Assembly: GCA_044358425.1 (NCBI GenBank)
Contig: CP054849.1
Span: 722,099-727,550, forward strand
From: Marine Group I thaumarchaeote
Lineage (GTDB): Archaea; Thermoproteota; Nitrososphaeria; Nitrososphaerales; Nitrosopumilaceae
Direction: 5' to 3'
DNA: 5,452 nucleotides
The translations under genes and the position numbers were made by a program. Positions 1 through 4,242 of this stretch are shown here, in pieces (within the stretch, counting starts at the first letter, position 1; each line of letters begins with the position of its first letter). The notes beneath the pieces are model-generated. The model worked only from the letters and a program-made list of their open reading frames with translations, had not been told where the DNA came from and searched no databases.

Positions 1-1
1 G

Positions 2-316
2 TGTACTCAATTAGACAACATAGATCTAATACATGATCGGGCAATAACAATATGCAGGAAGTTTACATTGGTTAGAACTAGAAGAGCCAATAGATATTGT
101 GTGGATTGTGGTGCAAGACTGGTATATTATCCCAGATTATCCAATCCAAAAGCACCAAATGAACACAGAGTGTTAGTTTATGCATGTCCAGATTGTACAG
201 ATGACTTTGAAAAACCAAAAATGTTTTCAATAAAAAGAAATCAAGTAGAAGATCCACTAGAAACTGTAGAAATTGAAATTACACAGTTACAGAAAAAAGT
301 AGCTTTAACAAAATAA
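2..316 (+). CDS. Small zinc-ribbon protein (CVDC...CPDC), probably 5'-partial at the window edge
   Basis: The listed ORF starts at TTG 68, but the same frame has no stop back to base 2 (translation CTQLDNIDLIHDRAITICRKFT...). That upstream stretch has coding-like composition (~34% G+C, D/H/R/T-rich rather than K/N/I/F-rich). There is no in-frame ATG before residue 52 of the listed ORF. Two CxxC pairs about 24 aa apart indicate a Zn-ribbon. Stop is TAA at 314-316. Confidence 0.55.
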   Translation, partial: CTQLDNIDLIHDRAITICRKFTLVRTRRANRYCVDCGARLVYYPRLSNPKAPNEHRVLVYACPDCTDDFEKPKMFSIKRNQVEDPLETVEIEITQLQKKVALTK

Positions 317-320
317 TTTT

Positions 321-548
321 ATGACTTATTCAGAAAAACCAAGAAGTAATGCATGGTATTTGCTTCCAATATTCATAGGAATGATTGGAGGAATTATTGG
401 CTATTTGATTATTAGAAAAGATGATCCGCGTAAAGCAAAAAATTGCATATACATAGGAATTGTGATGATGGTAATTGGAATTATTTTCAATATCATGTTA
501 TTAGGAGTCGACGTTGTGGGGAATCCAGGCTTTAATGTTAACGTCTAA
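321..548 (+). CDS. Small integral membrane protein with two predicted TM helices
   Basis: ATG start lies 4 nt after the upstream stop, so the two genes look like an operon. Two hydrophobic segments (WYLLPIFIGMIGGIIGYLII and CIYIGIVMMVIGIIFNIMLLGV) are separated by a basic loop (RKDDPRKAKN). From memory (unverified), the SNAWYLLPIF..GG motif resembles a 2-TM module common in archaeal proteins. Confidence 0.7.
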   Translation: MTYSEKPRSNAWYLLPIFIGMIGGIIGYLIIRKDDPRKAKNCIYIGIVMMVIGIIFNIMLLGVDVVGNPGFNVNV

Positions 549-580
549 AGAACACGGTAATTTTCCATCCTAAATTTAAC

Positions 581-608
581 ATATTTCTAAATTCGAATTT
601 AGAAATAT
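581..608. repeat. Perfect 28-bp palindrome ATATTTCTAAATTC|GAATTTAGAAATAT; copy 1 of a shared intergenic element
   Basis: Checked base by base: 14-bp arms centred between 594 and 595. Bases 581-605 are identical to 2795-2819. It lies between the stop at 548 and the ATG at 674. Confidence 0.9.
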
Positions 609-644
609 ATCTAATTGATACTAGTGATTTATCAAATTTAGAAT

Positions 645-652
645 CATATAGA
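645..652 (+). promoter_or_regulatory. TATA-like box (CATATAGA) for the 674 gene
   Basis: Sits at -29 to -22 relative to ATG 674, the spacing expected for an archaeal TATA box on a leaderless or short-leader mRNA. Weak call because the context is AT-rich. Confidence 0.3.
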
Positions 653-673
653 AGTTAATTCAAAAATTCAACA

Positions 674-1123
674 ATGAGTGCATCAAGAATGAGAGATAAT
701 GTAGAAAGATGGTTAATTCATGAAAGTTTACCATTTGATCAAGTCAAAAGTGAAGAAAACACATTCCAAATTCGAGTAAAACATGCAGGCCAATACGGGA
801 TACCAGTAGATATTTTTGAACCAAAAGCACAATTAGGAATTCTAGTAATAGGGGCAAAAATAGAAATGAAGAATAATCAAATTATCAGGTACAGGGGATT
901 TAATGAAGAAGAAAGGACAAAATTTGCCAATAAAGTTTCAGATTTTTGTAATTCAATTGAAGCAATTAGTAAAATAATCAACGAAGATGGAAAACAAAAA
1001 ATTGCAGTGTATGTTGTATTAGATGACAAAGATAACATCAACCAACAAACAATGTTTGAAGCAATAGACAGTGTTTCAGATAAACATGAAAAAACAGCCA
1101 GGTTTCTATTAAAAACATTTTAA
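674..1123 (+). CDS. Conserved hypothetical cytoplasmic protein (possibly the archaeal DUF2299/YbjN-like family; family recalled from memory, unverified)
   Basis: 149-aa ATG ORF with balanced, non-low-complexity composition and no TM segment or signal peptide. No competing ORF overlaps it. Confidence 0.8.
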   Translation: MSASRMRDNVERWLIHESLPFDQVKSEENTFQIRVKHAGQYGIPVDIFEPKAQLGILVIGAKIEMKNNQIIRYRGFNEEERTKFANKVSDFCNSIEAISKIINEDGKQKIAVYVVLDDKDNINQQTMFEAIDSVSDKHEKTARFLLKTF

Positions 1124-1165
1124 AAAATTATAGTTGAAAAATGGACAAACTATGTCTTCCCTTAA

Positions 1166-1177
1166 GGGGGGTAAAAC
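1166..1177 (-). repeat. G6/C6 motif copy A (reads GTTTTACCCCCC on the - strand)
   Basis: + strand reads GGGGGGTAAAAC. It overlaps a perfect 10-bp palindrome CCCTTAAGGG at 1159-1168. AGGGGGGTA (1165-1173) is the inverted repeat of TACCCCCCT (1658-1666). Confidence 0.8.
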
Positions 1178-1336
1178 AACAAAATATTATCAAAAAACAA
1201 ATCATGTGATAATGTGATGAAATTTTTGTAAATGATATTATTTAAAAAATGAACAAAAATATCCATAAAAAAATATTTTTGAAAGTGAATGAACAAAATA
1301 GCAAATAATGATAAAAATACAAGATCATGCCTACGC

Positions 1337-1348
1337 GTTAAACCCCCC
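1337..1348 (+). repeat. G6/C6 motif copy B (GTTAAACCCCCC); left arm of a perfect 12-bp inverted repeat
   Basis: Exact reverse complement of 1405-1416, with a 56-nt spacer. Confidence 0.9.
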
Positions 1349-1404
1349 TATGAAAAAAGGAGTTTCAGGCATATGATGAAATTTTGGAAAACAGGTATTT
1401 TGAT

Positions 1405-1416
1405 GGGGGGTTTAAC
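1405..1416 (-). repeat. G6/C6 motif copy C (GGGGGGTTTAAC on +); right arm of the 12-bp inverted repeat
   Basis: Exact reverse complement of 1337-1348. Extended to 1406-1427, it is also an 18/22 Watson-Crick inverted match to 1492-1513. Confidence 0.9.
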
Positions 1417-1502
1417 ACTTATGCCTAGATGCAAAAAGCAAGTGTAATTCCACCAAGGTATCCCAACAAAGGATGGGCAATCTTTCTAAAGTAGGCGTAA
1501 AA

Positions 1503-1513
1503 GCTAAACCCCC
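1503..1513 (+). repeat. G6/C6 motif copy D (GCTAAACCCCC, degenerate)
   Basis: Matches copy B at 10 of 11 positions. With its upstream TAGGCGTAAAA it forms an imperfect 22-nt inverted repeat with 1406-1427. Confidence 0.75.
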
Positions 1514-1657
1514 ACAAATTAAGTGAATTTGTAGAAAAAATCCACAGAAATTGAGCAAATATTTCCCAAAAATGAATTTGAAAAGAAGTACAATCCAGGT
1601 AAAAAATAATTCAAAATAATGAAATTTATGAAAAAATAGTCAATTAATCGTTCCAAA

Positions 1658-1665
1658 TACCCCCC
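1658..1665 (+). repeat. G6/C6 motif copy E (TACCCCCC)
   Basis: CCCCCCTAT (1660-1668) directly repeats 1343-1351. TACCCCCCT is the inverted partner of 1165-1173. The following TATTTTGA (1666-1673) repeats 1396-1403. Confidence 0.75.
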
Positions 1666-1736
1666 TATTTTGACATAATTTTTCCCCTCCAATGTAAAAA
1701 ACTTCAAAATACCAAAACGAAAATTTACGTTGCAAC

Positions 1737-1743
1737 TATATAT
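1737..1743 (+). promoter_or_regulatory. TATA box (TATATAT) for the 1764 gene
   Basis: Sits at -27 to -21 relative to ATG 1764, consistent with an archaeal promoter driving a leaderless transcript. Confidence 0.4.
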
Positions 1744-1763
1744 CAAAAAGTGAGTGACAAATT

Positions 1764-2249
1764 ATGGCACGAATGGGCTTAGTAATTGTAATTGGAGCAA
1801 TAATTGGTTCAATGATACTAGCAAATTACATGTACATGCAATATCAAACTAATTTCATCGAAGTTAGTGAAGGGGAAACAGTAGTCGTAGGGCCAGTAGA
1901 ATACATAGTAACTTTTGAGGGCACCCATGAGGGGGATAAAGATACAGAGCCAGAAAATACATTTGTAAAAATTGGGATTATTGCAAAAAATATCAGTGAT
2001 GAAAATACAGTTGTGTCCGGAGGACAATTTTTCCTGATAGATGAAAAGGATCAAAAACATAAGGCAGTTTTTGGTGAATTTTCATCAAAAGACCTATGGT
2101 TGGTAGGATTAGAACCAAACAAACCAATTGAAGTTACAACACAATTTGACATTCCATTTGATGAGGATGAAAATTATAAAATTGTCATAAGACCACAAAA
2201 GGATCAAGCAACAGTAGATACGGCATCAATTTGTCTAACAAATTGTTGA
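1764..2249 (+). CDS. Membrane-anchored beta-rich protein, DUF4352-like (Ig-like fold) ectodomain
   Basis: 161-aa ATG ORF with an N-terminal TM anchor (GLVIVIGAIIGSMILANYMYM). The rest shows the pattern I associate with DUF4352: a short V..V.Y.V strand, then F.K..I...N.S, then a ...FFLID...Q.H segment. The family assignment is from memory and was not searched. Confidence 0.8.
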   Translation: MARMGLVIVIGAIIGSMILANYMYMQYQTNFIEVSEGETVVVGPVEYIVTFEGTHEGDKDTEPENTFVKIGIIAKNISDENTVVSGGQFFLIDEKDQKHKAVFGEFSSKDLWLVGLEPNKPIEVTTQFDIPFDEDENYKIVIRPQKDQATVDTASICLTNC

Positions 2250-2351
2250 TCGATAAATAATAAAAAATAAAAAAAGTGTCAAATTTTATTATAGTAAGCG
2301 TAGTATTGTGTGACTTTTACTACATAACAGATACTATTTTTGAAAAAAGTC

Positions 2352-2750
2352 ATGGCAATATCTAAAGCCAAAAGAGCTGAAGCAGCTAAGAAAGCAGCAA
2401 GAACTCGAAAGAGGAATGCAGCTAAGAAAGCAGCAGAAGCACTAAAGGCAGCAGCAGCTCGTAAGAGAAAGGCAGCAGCAACTCGAAGGAAGAATGCAGC
2501 TAAGAAAGCAGCACCAAAGAGAAAAACTGCAGCTAAGAAAAAGGCCGCTCCAAAACGTAAGGCAGCTAAAAAGAAAGCAGCACCAAAACGCAAAGCTGCA
2601 AAGAGAAAGGCCGCTCCAAAACGAAAAACTGCAGCTAAGAAAGCAGCTCCAAAGAGAAAGGCAGCTAAAAAGAAAGCAGCACCAAAACGTAAAGCTGCTC
2701 CAAAACGCAAAGCCGCTCCAAAGAGAAAGGCAGCTAAACGAAAACGTTAA
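2352..2750 (+). CDS. Extremely basic Lys/Ala/Arg/Pro-rich repeat protein (8 x AAPKRK), resembling a histone H1 tail; putative nucleic-acid-binding or chromatin protein
   Basis: The tracked ORF starts at TTG 2340; I prefer the in-frame ATG at 2352 (MAISKAKR...). The protein is about 132 aa with only 2 acidic residues (both E), no aromatics, and AAPKRK(T)AAKK(K) units. An oligo-T run follows the stop. The other two open frames over this repeat give implausible FGAA- or LQ-rich low-complexity products. Confidence 0.7.
   Translation: MAISKAKRAEAAKKAARTRKRNAAKKAAEALKAAAARKRKAAATRRKNAAKKAAPKRKTAAKKKAAPKRKAAKKKAAPKRKAAKRKAAPKRKTAAKKAAPKRKAAKKKAAPKRKAAPKRKAAPKRKAAKRKR
2508..2747 (+). repeat. In-frame imperfect tandem repeats (18-36 nt units) with a higher-order ~99-102-nt duplication
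   Basis: An exact 32-nt repeat AAGGCAGCTAAAAAGAAAGCAGCACCAAAACG occurs at 2559-2590 and 2658-2689, a 99-nt period. GAAAAACTGCAGCTAAGAAA occurs at 2521-2540 and 2623-2642. Confidence 0.9.
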
Positions 2751-2764
2751 GCTGTCAAATCACC

Positions 2765-2770
2765 TTTTTT
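2765..2770 (+). terminator. Oligo-T (T6) archaeal-type terminator for the Lys/Ala-rich gene
   Basis: The T6 run begins 15 nt after the stop at 2748-2750. Archaeal RNA polymerase terminates at oligo-T tracts. Confidence 0.4.
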
Positions 2771-2794
2771 AAAAATTAACGTATTAGATATACT

Positions 2795-2819
2795 ATATTT
2801 CTAAATTCGAATTTAGAAA
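2795..2819. repeat. Copy 2 of the shared palindromic element (25 nt identical to 581-605; perfect palindrome over 2798-2819)
   Basis: ATATTTCTAAATTCGAATTTAGAAA was verified base by base against 581-605. It lies between the convergent 3' ends at 2750 (+) and 2843 (-). Confidence 0.9.
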
Positions 2820-2831
2820 CATTATAAATCC

Positions 2832-2858
2832 ACAGATGTAAATCAATCAGACATCTGT
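2832..2858. repeat. Hairpin-capable inverted repeat ACAGATGT / ACATCTGT (8-bp stem, 11-nt loop)
   Basis: All 8 pairs are Watson-Crick. The loop and 3' arm overlap the stop codon and last codons of the - strand gene 2843-3274. Confidence 0.6.
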
Positions 2859-3274
2859 AACTCAGGCAAAACAAAAATGTTTTCAGGCTTAATTTTCAAA
2901 ATGATTCGTTTCTCATTTTCTTGTTTAAAGGGATAACTAGGACGTCCCATATACTGTTGAGTTAATTTATCTGCATGAGAGTAATCAGCATCAGAAATTA
3001 TTTCAATTACTTTACCTCGAATTGTTGTCATATCAAGAGGATTATCATTGGAGGTAACGGACACTGCAACACGAGGGTCACGTAGGATATTTTTGTGTTT
3101 TATCCTACCTTTTGCAGTATTTACTAAGATAAATCCATCTTCATAATTTGCCCAAACAGGAGAAACCTGGGGGGAACCATCTTTCATTATAGTTGCAATG
3201 AAAACAAGATTTTTTTCTGAAAATAATTTTACAACTTTTTCATCAGTCATTTTTCTACAATTTGTAACATCCAT
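2843..3274 (-). CDS. Pyridoxamine 5'-phosphate oxidase family / F420-dependent-type flavin-binding split-barrel protein
   Basis: 143 aa. The pattern LVFIATIMKDGSPQVSPVWANYEDGFILVNTAKGRIKHKNILRDPRVAVSV matches the PPOX-family N-terminal signature (A.L.T...dG.P.v.PvW...dg....t....K..N...nPrv..sv). An alternative start is M9 at 3250. A TAAATTTT box lies at about -29 to -22 from ATG 3274. Confidence 0.85.
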   Translation of the reverse strand: MDVTNCRKMTDEKVVKLFSEKNLVFIATIMKDGSPQVSPVWANYEDGFILVNTAKGRIKHKNILRDPRVAVSVTSNDNPLDMTTIRGKVIEIISDADYSHADKLTQQYMGRPSYPFKQENEKRIILKIKPENIFVLPELQMSD

Positions 3275-3362
3275 AAAATAAAGTTTGGATATACAAAATT
3301 TATCATATTTTTATCAAAATTTGAGGTATTTTGATTTTAGAATGAAAGAATGAATAGATCGC

Positions 3363-3373
3363 AAAATAAAAAA
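3363..3373 (-). terminator. Oligo-T tract (TTTTTTATTTT on the - strand) after the ArsR-like gene
   Basis: Begins 10 nt downstream of the stop at 3383-3385 on the - strand. Confidence 0.4.
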
Positions 3374-3382
3374 CAATACAAA

Positions 3383-3886
3383 TTATTTTTTATTGGATTT
3401 TTCAAGCACGTTAGTCATTGCCCTATTCATGATTTCCATTACCAAATATTGCGAATATTCATTAGATTTCTTACCCTTAGATTTACCAGTTTTAGGTCCA
3501 AGAGATTTGAGAATCTTTTCAATTTTCTCAGATGTATTATCAATGATTTTTGAATATGTTGAATCAAAGTTTTCAGGTGTTTGAAAATCTAAGAGTTTTG
3601 TAGAAGTGCTGTAAAATTTAGTGATAGCACCTCTAGATTCTTCAATTCTTGCAATTTCAATTAGTCCAGAATTTTTTAAAATTTCTAAATGATGTCTTAC
3701 TGTAGTAAGTGCTTTTTTGAATCCGTGTTTTTTTAATGCAGTGGAAATTTGATCAGCAGACATTGTCTGTCGATATAGAATTTCTACTATTTTTGCTCGT
3801 GCAGGGTCTTCAATTGCGCGTGCATCATCTGTGCTCGTAGTAACAATACGATTTACTTTAATCTCTTTTTCTAATAATGTAGACAT
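3383..3886 (-). CDS. ArsR/SmtB-like winged helix-turn-helix transcriptional regulator with a ~70-aa C-terminal extension
   Basis: 167 aa with an ATG start. The segment DPARAKIVEILYRQTMSADQISTALKK....LTTVRHHLEILKNSGLIEIARIEESRGAITKFY fits the ArsR-type HTH plus wing pattern (D..R..Il..L......s...ia..l.....tvs.HL..L...GLv......G....Y). Confidence 0.85.
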   Translation of the reverse strand: MSTLLEKEIKVNRIVTTSTDDARAIEDPARAKIVEILYRQTMSADQISTALKKHGFKKALTTVRHHLEILKNSGLIEIARIEESRGAITKFYSTSTKLLDFQTPENFDSTYSKIIDNTSEKIEKILKSLGPKTGKSKGKKSNEYSQYLVMEIMNRAMTNVLEKSNKK

Positions 3887-4242
3887 ACAAGAATTGATTT
3901 TAATCTGATCTAAAAGATCCTTGTATCATATTTTTTTGTCTAATCGCATCAATTTTTGTTTACTTTAATAAACTTAGTACCGATTTTAAAAAAATACCTT
4001 ATGCTACAAAAACTATTGTAATGCATCTAAATAATATAGTAGCACTATAATAATTATAATAGCGTTTGATAATAATTAGTACCACGTTAAATAATATTGT
4101 AGTAGTTAAAAAAATATGAAAAAAGTGAAATTTCAAAACATATGTCGTCAAATAGGCCATATAGGGATATGATCAAGATAATATGAGAATCAATATTCGA
4201 GTTGAAAGTTAGCTAACAGTCAACATTACGTATAGAAGTTAG

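Larger units (their letters stand above)
1321..1520. other. G+C-enriched, repeat-dense non-coding island; candidate structured ncRNA, mobile-element remnant or origin-like module
   Basis: Hand count gives 80 G+C in 200 nt (~40%), against ~17% for 1178-1320 and ~24% for 1521-1660. The island contains motif copies B, C and D and the ATGCCT/AGGCAT repeats. There is no ORF above 24 codons on the + strand here. Confidence 0.45.

Noticed and set aside
1141-1209. 22-codon ORF (MDKLCLPLRGVKQQNIIKKQIM) spanning motif copy A
   Set aside because: It has no ribosome-binding site or promoter signal, and its composition is unremarkable. It is most simply a chance ORF, and nothing distinguishes it.
1213-1219. 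C/D-box sRNA (C-box-like GTGATGA at 1213-1219 and ATGATGA at 1373-1379)
   Set aside because: There is no CTGA D box 40-80 nt downstream of either candidate on the same strand, and no terminal stem. TGATGA is expected by chance in AT-rich DNA.
1166-1687. G-quadruplex or i-motif formed by the G/C runs
   Set aside because: The runs are split between strands and are 60-180 nt apart. No four same-strand tracts lie within a plausible intramolecular distance.
1519-1746. 75-aa ORF on the - strand within the large intergenic gap
   Set aside because: It starts with TTG and has no internal Met. The product is F/I/N/Y/L-rich, as expected from translating A/T-rich non-coding DNA. It would run across the TATA box and promoter of the 1764 gene and across motif copy E. 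It is most likely spurious.
1124-1763. CRISPR array as an explanation for the repeated G6/C6 motif
   Set aside because: The copies are only ~12 nt and occur in both orientations. Their spacing is irregular (about 177, 62, 104 and 151 bp between runs). There are no cas genes or leader-like organisation in the window.
1818-2060. 80-aa antisense ORF inside the 1764-2249 gene
   Set aside because: It is fully embedded antisense to a better-supported, longer CDS and has AT-rich-translation composition (F/I/C/Y-rich). The same reasoning applies to 3350-3553 and 3393-3584 (antisense to the ArsR-like gene) and 4901-5083 (antisense to purC).
2279-2772. Two additional long ORFs over the Lys/Ala repeat (2279-2710 on the - strand, FGAA-rich; 2494-2772 on the + strand, LQRK-rich)
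   Set aside because: The GCN/AAR repeat lacks stop codons in several frames. These products are implausible low-complexity shadows. Only the K/A frame has a sensible ATG start and is followed by an oligo-T terminator.
4116-4172. 18-codon ORF (MKKVKFQNICRQIGHIGI) downstream of a TATA-like repeat
   Set aside because: It is too short and featureless to call as a gene from sequence alone. It is kept only as a note within the 3887-4242 finding.
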